Part shown: positions 39,199 to 51,900 of the stretch, piece after piece
Numbering within the stretch: position 1 is the stretch's first letter
How the letters are laid out: each line of letters begins with the position of its first letter
Source: Eledone cirrhosa
Lineage: Eukaryota
DNA length: 64,000 nucleotides
NCBI GenBank assembly: GCA_964016885.1
Contig: OZ024743.1
Coordinates: 162,192,001-162,256,000 of the forward strand
Reading direction: 5' to 3'
Notes under the pieces: generated by a model
Told to the model about the DNA's origin: nothing
The model's input: the letters and a program-made list of their open reading frames with translations, nothing else
Databases searched by the model: none
Program-made: the position numbers and the translations under genes

Positions 39199-39743
39199 TT
39201 CTCGAATCCCGAATAATCGTCCCCCTCACTTATTAATTTTTCAGATTTTTCAACCCCCCACACACACACGTTCTTATTCCACCCTCATCTCCGCTTATTA
39301 AATTTTGCTAATTTGTTTCAGGCGAAATTTTATATTAAGTGATAGCATTCCTGTGACAATTAATTTTCTTTAGCCATTAAAAAAAAACCCATTATACATG
39401 ACAAAAAGAAGCATTACAAGAAATCCCAACGTTATAAAATAAATAACATGTGTTGGGAATCTCAATATGTAAACTAAACGACTAATTCTGGTTTTCAAAA
39501 AATCAAAGGAGACAACCTAGAAAAATTATTGATTTTCCACTGCTTATTCCAGCCCCGTATGAGATTTCTTGTAATGTTCTGTTGTTTTATTTTTTTGTCA
39601 TGTATAATGTTTAAAGAAAATTAATTGTCACAGGAATGCTACCACTTAAAATAAAATTTCACCGGAGATAGATTAGCAAAATTTAATAAGCAGGAGGGGG
39701 GGGGGGGGGGGAATTAATAAGACGATTATTCGAGACCCGAGAG
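39199..39743. mobile_element. Tc1/mariner/pogo-type foldback MITE
   Basis: Termini are ta|ttctcgaatcccgaataatcgtc and gacgattattcgagacccgagag|ta. There are long internal inverted repeats (39293-39410 vs 39590-39691). Confidence 0.8.
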
Positions 39744-40202
39744 TACTGAGAGGGGCGAAAGAAGTTATATAAATTGCAGCTACATGACATATTGCGTTTT
39801 TATTGTAACCATATTGTTGTTGTGTGGTGGATTTTTCAAGTTCATAAAATGGTGATGAAAGAAGTGGATGGGCTGCGATGGGGACACTCCTTTTTAGCCT
39901 CCAGGTAACTGATTCCGAGAAAGAGAGAGAGAGAGATGTGGAAATAACTTCTTGTACCTGATTGGTTATTCATCAAAGAGATGACAGGCAAAATCAGCCT
40001 CGACGGGATTTGAGTACAAAGATGAATTGATCAGTTTAAACAGTGGAGTTATCTGGCGAAAATGTTTAAGTAGGCTTATATTGAACCTATGAACTTCATT
40101 CCACATATAGTCCTGTATATGGAGTAAATGGTTTTCAGTGCATTTCTAGCCCACGTATATAATCAGTTATACATGTTATCTTATGATGCACATATGTATA
40201 TA

Positions 40203-41092
40203 CTAGCTGGTTCGTCCGGCTGGTGCCGGGCTAGGTTTACCAGCATTTTATCTTTTCAGGATTCCCCCCTCCACTCCAGTACAAAGATGCCGCACGCCCT
40301 CTCAAGTCAGCGAGGGTGGGGATGTGTGTGTCTGGGGGTGGGGGTGGGGGATTAACGTGCTCTGATGTTGGGTTTGAATAGTTTTTAGGATTCCCCAGTT
40401 CAGCAGCCAGTACGTTAAAGAAAATTGATAGTTACAACAATAAAGGCTGAACAGAGAACACATTTTTTAACAAACTTTACAATAATTTGTACAACCATAA
40501 TGGAAATTCCAAGTAACAGAAAATACATAAATTACATTGTTAGAGCCTCAGAGTATACAATATTTTTTGTTCGGCCCTCGGGAGCAAAGAGGAAGAGATT
40601 GTTTGGCGAGCTCACCCTTGAGCATCCTACATATAATTGACCATGGGAAAAGCATGGTTTTTCCAGATGAAGGCCAGCCACTTTTAGGTTTTGACCCTGA
40701 GCTTTGTTGATGGTAATCGCGAAGCTTAGTCTCTGTTGCTCTAGTAACATTTTTTCTTCTGGAAAATCTGGTCTTGCGGCCAGGCTGGGACTTTTTGGGT
40801 GGCATATCGGTAATAACAATGACGATAAGCCGTCTGTGCTTTCGTGAAATAAATACGTTTGTTTATATTTTGTTTTTGTGTATGCAAAAAGTTCTGTACA
40901 CGAATATATAATTATATATATATATATATATTAAAATAACAGATTAAAGTTTAAGCAAAGAATCGCTACTTTCACCCTTAACGGGATCTTCTGAAACTAA
41001 AAAAATCAATCTGTGAACGCAGAAGTAATATTTCGAAAAACGTTGCAACCGAAAGAAAACAGGAAGACGATACTTTGGTTCGTGAAGACGTT
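40203..41092 (-). mobile_element. Helitron deletion derivative retaining the Pif1-like helicase C-terminus
   Basis: Encodes RLSFAITINKAQGQNLKVAGLHLEKPCFSHGQLYVGCSRV...TKNIVYSEAL, the RepHel C-terminus. The 3' hairpin CCGGC(ACCA)GCCGG is followed by CTAG|T at 40203. Confidence 0.92.
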
Positions 41093-41203
41093 CCTTGGCA
41101 ATGAACGGCAAAAATATTTGCTCTAGGGTTCTTATATATTTGATATATATTTATCCTTATCGAGCCCTCTTTGGATTTTAGTCTTCACATTTATTATTAT
41201 TAC

Positions 41204-41250
<47 letters not shown>

Positions 41251-41559
41251 TTAAGGATACTATTTATGGTTATGTATATAATAAAACCTTATATAGTTAT
41301 ATATATTTTAAACCCTAAATAGTGAAAGACAGTAATTCATTACTATCTTATTACCAGTAAGATAAATAGCTCAATGTAATAACATCAGTTGTTTTACAGA
41401 GCAGTTATATAGAAATTACATGAATCAAAGTTCAGTTTAATGTGGCGAAATGTTTGTTACATACGGCTGTCAGCTTTATAATATAGATACACACTTTCGT
41501 ATGGCAAAGGGAAATTAGACTGCAAAATACTAAAAAGTGAGTTCTTTTTAGAGAACATA

Positions 41560-41727
41560 CCGTATTTCCCGGTGTCGAAGACGCTATTTTATTTCTAAAA
41601 TAAGTGTCAAAAATCTACCATGCGTCCTGGAGGCTGAAGGTTGTTTACTATTTTTTTTCAAATTTTGGGTTGTCAAAGTTAGAGTGCGTCCTCGAGGACG
41701 AAGCGTCTTCGGCGCCGGGAAATACTG
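41560..41727. mobile_element. Tc1/mariner (Tc2/pogo-like) MITE
   Basis: ta|ccgtatttcccggtgtcgaagacgc ... gcgtcttcggcgccgggaaatactg|ta, with a TA TSD. Confidence 0.85.
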
Positions 41728-41837
41728 TAATATGATCTGGCAGAATGTTAGAGCGTCAAATATAATTCTTTGTAATATTTATTTTTGCTCCTTGTGCTCA
41801 AATCCCACCGAGGTTGATTTCTAAACACGAATATAAT

Positions 41838-42021
41838 TGTTTCTACTTTAGGCACAAGGCCAGCAATTACCCAGTGCATTACTGGTACTTTATTTTATCG
41901 ACCCCGTAAGGATGAAAGGCAAAGTCAACCTCGGCGGGATTTGAACTCAGATCGTAAAGGGACGTAACTATGCTGGAAAGAATGGCGTCCGACCCTCTAC
42001 CGATACTGCTAATCCACCGCC
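41838..42021 (-). mobile_element. Full-length tRNA-derived SINE with 17-bp TSD
   Basis: TSD ctaaacacgaatataat at 41821-41837 and 42022-42038. A box is tagcagtatcgg and B box is gttcaaatcc. Confidence 0.92.
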
Positions 42022-42805
42022 CTAAACACGAATATAATGGTCCGAATGATTGAAATAGTAGCAACTTCAACTCTCATAAATATGTGGATGTTTTTTCTAT
42101 ATACTGTGTAATTCATCACAGAATCTTTGCACCTAATTTTCAATACAGTCTAAACATATTTTTAACAAACCAAAGAAGATACCCATAACTTGGTTACTCG
42201 GCCTGCTAAAAATAATAGCCATATTTTACCTTTAAATAATACTCTACTGCTTAAAAAATAGAAAACGGAATATTGGATGACGTAGTGTTAGATCTGAAAG
42301 AAAAGATGGATGTTCATAGCGGGAATTATAGGTCTGCTTGATTAGGGGTGACTTAGTGCCACTAACACGTCACTTAGTTCAATAGCACAACTTGTTCCGT
42401 GAATACCTTCATCAGAGTTGATGCAGCAAATATTCGAAGTACACTCTAGTTCTCTATTCTTCACGTTTTTGTTTCCTGTTACATTGGCATATAGACGTTC
42501 AAACTGAACAACTGTATCAATCTTCTCAGTCTCTCAGCCTGGGGTTTTCGCCTCATTTCATCGTTAACGTAATACACTTCTTCCTTCTGTGCGTCATCAA
42601 ACTCTGGTAAATTCCTAGACGAGTATTATGTGATTTTTATGGAGTTTTCGTAGGTGGTTTCTGACCGTTTTCCCTCGTATGAAATTCATAGTTGACTTCG
42701 GAGCCGTTTAAACTCAGAACACAGAGAATCGGAATAAATACGCAAGACATTTTGACATTTTATCAGATGCTCCAACGACTCGAAAGATATATAGGCCAAT
42801 TCGGC

Positions 42806-42855
<50 letters not shown>

Positions 42856-43060
42856 TGTTTGGTGTGATGTTTATCCGTAAGAGTTACGTAATGACTTCTC
42901 GTTGATAAACGCATGTAAACAGGTAAGAGCACCCTACGTCAGTTATATCTATCCAGCTTAAAAGTGGCGATCAAACGTAACGGAGCTGTCATATATGAAA
43001 TAAATGTTAAGACAGAAGTTATATAATCATATTTACTAATATTATTATGTAACTTTTATG

Positions 43061-43253
43061 GGCGTTGGATTGGCAGTATCGGTAGAGGGTCGGAGGCTAT
43101 GCTTTGCAGCACAGAGTTACGCCCCTTTATGATCTGAGTGCAACTCCCGCCAAGGTTAACTTTGCCTTTCATCCTTAGGGGGTCGATAAAATAAAGTACC
43201 AGTAATGCACTGGGTAATTTGCTGGCCTTGTGCCAAAAGTAGAAGCAATTATT
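43061..43253 (+). mobile_element. Full-length tRNA-derived SINE
   Basis: Runs from ggcgttggattggcagtatcggtagagggtcgg to ggccttgtgccaaaagtagaa. It is flanked by similar attattatgtaa sequences. Confidence 0.9.
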
Positions 43254-43719
43254 ATGTAATTTTTGTCTTACCGTTTATTTCCTATATTTACATGTGTGTG
43301 CGCGTGTGCATATATATATATATATGGTGCCCCCAGCATGGCCTCAGCCGGATGGCTGGAACAGGTAAAAGGGTAAAAAAGTAATATATATGAATATTTG
43401 TGTTTCTACAAGTAAAAGCGGATAGTACGTGAAAAAGTGAAAAATATTTCTTTTTTTCTTTCTTTCAAGTTACTGAAACACTGCATTTATGCAATTAATA
43501 AAGTGTTGAAGATGCACTGAATGGTTTTACTTTTAATATGTGCACTCATATTTATAGTATACTACGAAAAGAAATTAATTCATACAAAATACATGATAGC
43601 TTTTTTATTAAAAAAAATACTAGTTTAATTAATCTCGAATGTTGAAAAAAATATAATTTATTTTGTATTGACTAATTTCTTTTTGTTATGTGCTATAAAT
43701 TTGAGCGTGTATATATAAA

Positions 43720-45155
43720 GACTTCCCCAAATGCCAACTCCTGCGTCATTGTCGTTTGAAAGGGGAAACGCAGGTTATTTCCAGTAGGCTAACAGGAGCT
43801 CTAATGAAGCTTGAGGCCCGATCACTCATTAGTGGATAAAACCGATCACAACCATACAGATTGAAAATTCAGTTCTTGAACTAAGACACTTGCAACACAG
43901 AAATGGAAGAATGACATCACATAAACCGCAAGGACTTGTTTGATTGATAATGCCAGAATGAAGGTTCGCAAAACCTTCGCAATATTTACATACAATGTAA
44001 GAACATTGGGGCGCGCAGGGAAACTATGCCAACTTACCAAAGGCTGCAGCGAGAAAAAGCTGGGCATTGGAACATACAAGAACATCGTTGGGGAACAGAA
44101 CATGATGTCGATATATTAAAACAACGAGACTACACCTATTTTACATCAGCTAAAGAAAACGGTGATATCAGCATTCTTGTAAGGAATCACTTTGTCGATA
44201 GTGTGATCAGCTCCTGTAAAGTCACTGAAAGCATCATGAACATCACACTGCATTGCAACCGCGTCATCACAATAGAAACGTCACAAGATAAGGAAAAGAT
44301 CTATTCTAATATGAGATGCATGATTTTGTATCCATCCATACCTTGACACAACTTCTTTATCATTTCTGGTGATTTCTACGCTTGTGTTGGTGCACCATGA
44401 AATATCTACAGTCATTGGAAAATATTCATACCATCTGCAAACGAATAAGAACGGTTAACTTCTTGTAGAACTTTGTGAAAACTAGGACCTGGTATTAGCC
44501 TTTCATCGTCAGCCTCATAAGAGGTAGATCTGGGAACATCCAAATGGAAATAGCAGATCACAAACAGACCACAGGAAAAAGTGAATAACTCCCTCTAAAA
44601 ATTGTGCTTACTCCAGTATCGAAATTAACTCCGACCATCAAATGGTTACTGAAGATCTGAAAATCAATCTAAGAGCAAGCAGCACGAAAATCACGCCAGA
44701 CTCCAGCGTACAACTTTTCCGTACTAATGAAATCAAGCAATCTACATCAGAGGTGTGCCGTGGAAGTCAGAAATAGATTTGAAACACTAGCAGCGGACAA
44801 CGAGGTAACAACGATTCAGCAGAAATATGGTAAAATTCTTCGAATAAGACACTGCTTCCAAAACAAGCTCGCAATACCACAAAATGTATAAACAGAGCCT
44901 GTGAAACGCTAATGGACAACAAAAAAGATTTCCTGAGAAGATACAGAAACCACTGATAGGAACAAAATTACCAACTCTTGTGGCAGAATCGCATCTACCA
45001 ACCAGTAAATAAAATCCTTCGACCTTACCAAGCGGGATTTCACAAGATGCAAAACTGTCTAGAATAAATACACGTGATGAGAAGGGTGATAGAGGCTTAC
45101 CACTAATGTCAGATTCTACCTAATACCACATTTGTAGATTTCAGCAAGGCGTTCA
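43720..45155 (+). mobile_element. Decayed RTE/RTE-X-type LINE (5' UTR, APE, start of RT), cut off upstream of the CRE element
   Basis: Motifs in order, with stops: TYNVRTL, ISGDFYA, WEHPNG..QTDH, NSDHQMV, EVRNRFETL, LRPYQAGF, TFVDFSKAF. Confidence 0.8.
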
Positions 45156-45159
45156 GAGT

Positions 45160-48100
45160 AAGGATACGACAGCGGCACTGACAATAACGACAACAACATA
45201 TATGTGTATACACCAACATTTTACCAGCAATCACTACCACCACCATTAACCAGTGGGAGCCGACTCCAGTTGACAATAACAACCTTTGTCATTCCGCTGG
45301 GAACAACCCCCTGTTTTCTTTTGTACATTCATCTATTCATTCATTTATTTATTTATTTGCTAACTTTCTACTTTCGTGTGTGTGTCCATCCATGCAACCC
45401 CCTTCTCTTTTATCTTGACTTCTGTCGCCTCCATATTTGATGTAGGTGAGCTATGAGGCTTCACTCATACCAACACTTTCCCTTCCACCCACGTGCAATT
45501 GTGCTTAGAACCTAGGCTGGTCATAACCAGCCACTCACCCCTGATGCTGCTTGGTGCCCCAGTCCCCTGCTCCACGCCCCATCTTCCATCCCCACCAGTC
45601 GACATCTGCAGCACTTGCAGCACCACGAACTGTTCGGGGTGCGGCTGCTTCCACCACCTCATCTGTGTTGGCTTGACGCGTCGTCGGCTTCCAGTGCCCT
45701 CGCAGCGTGGAGATGCAGAAACTGTCTTTTCCACTCGTCTAACCAGCCACAGACGTCTGGCACTCCGCCAGATGAGACAGCGAGCTTGCCTGATGCCCAA
45801 GCCTCGCTGGTCAACATCACTTGACTCAGGCGGCTCCGGAAGATTCCGCTCAGAATCCTGAGATCGGCCCAACCCGTAGCCGATGCCCTCGCTTCCTCAA
45901 TCGAGAGCGCTCTGGACTCCAATCGAGCCAGCGACTGGGAGCACCTCTTCTATTTCGCCCCACTCGCCCTCGGCCACCCCAGCTCTGGCGCTGACCGAGG
46001 CGGCCGATGGACAGCAGCCTTTGTCAAGGCCAATGTTTCGTCCTTTGGGAAAGCGCCCATTCCAAGCGTGCCGAAGGACTCCACAACCCCTGCTCTTGGG
46101 TGCCTCCAATTCACCACCCCTGAGGCCAGCGCCAAGCGTTTGCGTGACAGCGTAAACGCTAAACTTATCAGGGGTCATGTCAAGGCCATTGTCAAAGTGG
46201 TTGCCTCAGAGGACACTGTCCTCCAACCCACCGAGGAGGCCTGGCTGCCCTGCGACTCAAGAACCTTGAGCCACCCGCTGACCTCCGACCCATACCCCCC
46301 ACCCGATCCCCACCTGCTCCTTGTGGCTTCCGACGGAGACATCATTTCTGACATCAATTCCTTCCCAGCTAGCAGCAGCGGAGGTGCTGATTGTCTCCGA
46401 CCAGGCCACCTCAAGGAGTTGCTATCCCCCCTGTGGCACTTACCAATAGGCTTATCCATGGCGCCCTGGATCCTCACGCTCGAGGCCTCTTTTTTGTGGC
46501 TAGTCTGACTGCTCTCAGGAAAAAAGAGTGTGGCATACGCCCCATCGCTTTGGGCAATGTCTTCCGGAGGCTGGCTGCTAAGGTGGTCTGCAGGTCCATA
46601 ACACTTGAACTGGGTGAGGAGTTCAGTCGGGTGCAACTCGGTGTCGGCGTGTCCGGTGTCTGTGAGGGGGCCGCACATGCAACCAGGCAGTTCTTCAATA
46701 GCTGCCCATCGGAACCGGAACCGGCATCCAGGGACACCAGACACCTCATTGTCAAGCTTGAGATGAGGAATACCTTTAACTGCATACGCCGGGACCATAT
46801 GCTCAAGGCCTGCATCAGCCGAGCCCCCTCCGCCTACCCGCTGGCCTACTTGTCATATGGAGCCCCGAGCATGTTCCTTGCTGCTGACACGGTCATACCT
46901 TCGACCACTGGGGTCCAGCAGGGCGACCCTCTGGGTCCCCTCCTGTTTGTTCTTGGTATAGACCACATTGGCCGGAGTATCACGGCCCCTCTCAACGTTT
47001 AGTACCTGGATGATGCTACGCTGGGCGGGCATGTGGAGACTGTCTGCCATGACCTTCAATCGGTGGTTCCTGCCCTGGCGGGAATCAGCCTCCAGGTCAA
47101 CTCGTCCAAATCGGAGGTGATGAATGTCAGCTATGATGCTCAGAGCTTTGCAGCCTCCGTCTTGGACGTGCGGTCCATTCTCCACCAGGTACAGGTGACC
47201 CCCAAAGAGGATGTCCTCATCCTCGGGTCACCGATCCACTCGCCAGCCATCCGCTCCACCATCAGGTCTAGGCTCCAACAACTCCAGACCCTCACGAGCC
47301 TACTAGGCTTGATCGACGGCCACCCATCCCTCTTCCTGTTGAGGAACTGCTTCGCCATGCCGAAGCTTCTCTACACCCTTCGCAGTGCTCCGTGCTACAG
47401 CCACGCATCTCTCCTCGCTGACCTCGATACTTGTATCCGAGCGGCAGCTGAGGAGATATGCCACGTCCGGTTTGCCGACATTGTATGGCAACAGGCCACT
47501 TTACCTGTCAGATTTGGCGGCTTTGACCTCCGATCCCCGATCTCGCTGGCTTTGCCGGCGTTTCTTTCATCGGTAACCTCATGCCGCGTCCTCGTCAGCA
47601 GGATTCTCCAAAACACAATAGAACCATCTGTGTTCAGGGAACGTGAGGTCGCCTGTGAGACGTGGGACAGAATGGGACTTAGCCCGGTAGACGTCCTTCC
47701 CCCTTCTCCCTCTGCTGACGTCAAGTCCCCCCAAAGCGTATGGGATGCCATCCAGTGCAGCCTAGCCTCAGACAGGCTCACGCGCCAGCTCGACCAGCAC
47801 CGCCTTGCTTGTTTTCGCGCGGCCTCACAACCCGACAGTGGTGCCTGGCTCCATGCCTTGCCATCCTTCTCCACTGGCACGCTGGATAACGATAGTCTGC
47901 GCATCGGCGCTTGCTTGAGGCTTGGACTCTGGATCTGCGAGCCGCATAAATGTTGCTGTGGATCCAGCGTGGACTCTTTCTGACTCCACCCGCTTTCCTG
48001 TCGCCACAGTGCCGGCCGCCTTCCACGCCATGCTACCCTCAACGAGGTCATTAAGCATGGCTTGGATGCTGCAGGCTTCCCTCCCAGCTCGATAGGAGCT

Positions 48101-48470
48101 GGACCAAGGGGATGGCAAAAGGCCAGACGGTATGACCATCTTCCCGTTCCGCGGTGGAAAACCCCTCATCTGCGATGCCACTTGCAGCGACACTTTCTCC
48201 AGCCGCAACCTGGTGCACTCTGCGACTAACCCAGGTTCTGCTGCACGTCGGGCTGAGGAGGCCAAACTCTCCAAGTACCGGTCGCTCTCCGACGGGTTCG
48301 CGGTCGTGCTCTTGGCAGTGGAGACTTCTGGTGTCCTTGGCTCTGTAGGCGCCTCTCGAGTTGGAATGGCTCTTGCAACGCATATTCCTTACCATCTTCC
48401 GGGGAAACGCCTTCTCCATCCTGACCGCCGGGGCTGTGGGGAGGCCAGCGCGTGGGACCCCATTTTCTCA
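45160..48470 (+). mobile_element. Near full-length CRE-clade non-LTR retrotransposon (PHD-like finger, RT, RLE), frameshifted
   Basis: Contains CSTC..CSGCGCFHHLIC..WRCRNC, SSGGADCLRPGHLK, KKECGIRPIALGNVFRRL, QLGVG, GVQQGDPLGPLLF, YLDD and RPDG..DATC (RLE). The 5' boundary is approximate. Confidence 0.9.
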
Positions 48471-48826
48471 CCATACGGATTAATAGGCAAAGTTATAAAT
48501 TATTGTAAATAAATAATTATTGTGGCTTGCTTTTTTTTTTTTTTTTAAAAAGCATTATATTAAATTTTTAGACGAATGAGTTTTTAAAAAAAAAGTTTTA
48601 AACTGTGTTGTTAATAAATAAATAAAACATTAACAGAAATATCATGTGGGAAATATTAAGTCACAGTTGAATCTCTTCCAAAACTGTTGATGCTTTTGCT
48701 TCAATCTACTCCAACAGCACCTGCCGTGACCGTCTTGATAGTCATATGAATCAACATTTACCCATCAACACTGGTGTCTTACAAGGCGACACACCACAGC
48801 CATTACTTTTTATCGTTGTATATATA

Positions 48827-48928
48827 CAGGGTGTCCCAAAATAATGTATACACACTTCGATTACTTTGTATAGGTAATATTTATTAGAATGCTGTTAAAG
48901 CATGTATATATTTTGGGGGAACACCATG
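48827..48928. mobile_element. Short Tc1/mariner MITE
   Basis: ta|cagggtgtcccaaaataatgtatac ... gtatatattttgggggaacaccatg|ta. Confidence 0.7.
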
Positions 48929-48939
48929 TATATAGATAG

Positions 48940-51900
48940 ATATGTTTCTTTATTAGCCACAGGGGCACAAAAGAAGGGGACAAATACAAAGGGGGAAGTT
49001 TACATACAATAAAACCGTGTAAAATATTATCACAAATGCAATTTAAAAATTAGTCGATTTTCCCCAATAGGGGGAGACAGTTCATATGGGTAACACACAC
49101 CCCCGAAAAAATGTGCAACCCTCATCTCCAGGAGTACGAAGAGTTTGTACTCCTTTCCTCTCCTCCTCCTTTTCCTCAACCCACAGGCTGATATAGAGAG
49201 AAGGCCCATTCACTCGGGCCATTCTCGCCACTTTCACCCACCTTTCATAAAACTTGCTGGGGTACAGCACCTCTCTCTCCATCCTGATTCTTCTTCCAAA
49301 GTGGTATTTGAAAAAAAGAATCAGTTGTTGGCCGGAGAGAAAGGTATCTCACCTCAGCCCTTTCAACCTTATCCACCATACAACCTCAAAGGAAAACCGT
49401 CTGTCCTTCGTTTTTGAAGGAGGGTGGCAGTTTGATCATGACAATGGACTCGGTGGTCAACCGGATTGGTCCCACCCGCGACAATAGTCGTTCTACATAG
49501 CCCCACAGGTCGGTGACGCCCGGGCAGTGTATGAATGCGTGCGCGACGGTTTCTTCGTCTCGCACGCACCTCGGACAGATCTTTTTTGCAGGATCACTGC
49601 CCGGGCGCCAATGTCTGTAGAGCTTGTCTCGAACTGGTAGAGCTCCTCGGTAGCACTGCCAGGCCAGGGACTTTTGGAAGTTGTCCATCGGTCCCGGACA
49701 GAAGATCCTACCGAACAGAGTGGCCAGTTCGTCTTCCTCTACGCCCAGAGTTTCACCGAGCGCGTCGTCGCATTTGCTGCGGATCAACCCTCTATAGAAT
49801 GACGAAGGGGAGTCTCCATTGATCGCCGGGTCCACCTGCCAGAGGGCTGTGAGTGCCTGAGCACATTCGATGTGCCAGTCGCCCATTTTCCTCGGTCTTT
49901 GCTTGACCCAGGACTGCAGCTCGGTCAGCGAGACGAGTCGTGGGAAGGCTCGCCTCACGAATGAGGCCCACACCGGTTGTCCGGTGAGGAATACGTAGAG
50001 ATGCCGAAGCCTGAGCGCGTGTTTGCGCATCGTCAGTCACGGCATCCCCAGCCCTCCGTTGGAAGGGCGTTGGCAGCAGATGGATCTTCTCACCATAGGA
50101 GCCCGCCTCTTCCAAAGGAATTGGAAGAGCGTGCGCTCCATTTTGGCGAGCGTTTTGGCTGGACAAGGCACGACGGTCAAGCGGTAGTAGATGGCGGACG
50201 CTATAAAAGTGTTCGCCATCTCCGCTCGACCTTTCAAGGATAGTTTGCACTCGGCCCACTTCTGGGTGAGTGCAAACACCTTGGCCGACACCTCGTTCCA
50301 GTTCTTCTCCACCTGGAGGTCCGGACCAAACCAGACCCCGAGCAGCTTTACTGGTCCTTCCGTCCAGCGTCCGACGACGCCATCGGAAGGCATCAGTCTG
50401 CCTCTTCACGATCCGAATTGCAAACCGATGGACTTGTCCCGGTTCAGCTTCGCTCCTGTGAACCTTTCGTATTCCTTCAGTAAGGTGCCGACTTCCTCGA
50501 TTTTCGAGGCGCTCGACACCATTACTGTCACGTCGTCGACGTAGGCCGACGCCGCTTTCCGCAGTCCCGGTTCCAGAGGGATGCCCTGCAATAGCTCCAA
50601 CTTCCGCAGTAGTGGCTCGAGAGTCAATGCGTACAGAAGGGAGGAGAGAGGGCATCCCTGTCGAATTGATCGCGTGATATCGAACGGCTCCGAGAGGTAG
50701 CCGTTCACTTTAACCCTTGAGCAGATGTTGCTGTTATGCATTGCAACAATCCAGCCCCTGAACACGGGTCCGAAGCCTGCCGCCTCGAGCACCGCATCCA
50801 GGTAACGATGGTCAACCCTATCGAAAGCCTTAGATTGATCCAAGTTGATCAGGGCCCCACCGAAGCCGGGTTTACACCCTACCCTCTCTATGGTGTATCG
50901 CATGAGGTGGAGGTTGTCGTGTATGGACCTGGTCGGGATTGCACATGTCTGTGCTTCTCTTACCAGGTTCCCGACGAGAAGCGCCAGCCTCTTTGCCAAC
51001 ACCTTGGCCAAAATCTGTAACTCTGTGTTTAGCAGAGTTATGGGCCGGAAGTTGCCTATGTCATCCCCCTTATTCTCGTCCTTCCTGACTAGTGTGACTA
51101 CGCCCCCGGTCACAGAACTGGGAATTCTCCCGTTCTGTTGCCAGTTGCAGTAGACCGCTTCCAGGAGACCGGAGAATAAGTCAGGCATTGTTACGTAAAA
51201 TTCGTAGGGTAAACCGTCGAGACCTGGAGATTTTCGTTTGCCGCATTGGCTTAACGCGTCCCCTATCTCAGCGGCTGAAATCGGCTTTTCGCAGAACTTT
51301 GCCTCGCTGTCCGAGAGTCGCGGTAGGCCGTCGAGGTATGGACCGAAATCCATAGCCCATCCCGGCGCGCCGCCCTGCCCGAACAGCTGAGCAAAGTGCC
51401 GCTGAAAGGCCGCACACATCTGCTTCGGCTCAAAGCACGTATTTTGCTTCTGACAACGCAGCCCTCATGCTTTGCGTCGGAGAACTGGTCCAAGGCCGTT
51501 CTCGTTGCTAGCACGCTGGCTACGTTGCCACTTCTAATTGCCTCTTCTACTTTATCTACCAGTTCTTTCTCGGTTCTATATCTATCTAACGCTAATTCTT
51601 TTCTAAAAACTAACGAGTCTAATCTAACTGCCTTCTTGAGAGAGTACCACCATCTGTTGTTGACAATGGCCCCTGCCAAGTGCTGTTTAACTAAAGTGGT
51701 AATCCGTCTACTGTAGGCTTTGATGTAGGTAACGACAAGTTCAGCTTCCAGTAGCCGGGTCCTTGTCTATGGGTTCTATCAAGGTTGACCATGCAGGTCA
51801 CTAGTTTGTGATCTGAATAGGCAACCATGAACATTTGTGGACAGCTTAACATGTCCCTATCCTTATTTCTAACTAGAACCCTATCTAGGTATGATCTAGA

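Noticed and set aside
42388-42420. CAACU-CUGAUGA...AGUUG hammerhead on the minus strand
   Set aside because: Stem I pairs, but GAAA, stem III and the cleavage triplet are missing.
43061-43160. tRNA genes at SINE heads
   Set aside because: A and B boxes are present, but there is no cloverleaf and the sequences continue into SINE bodies.
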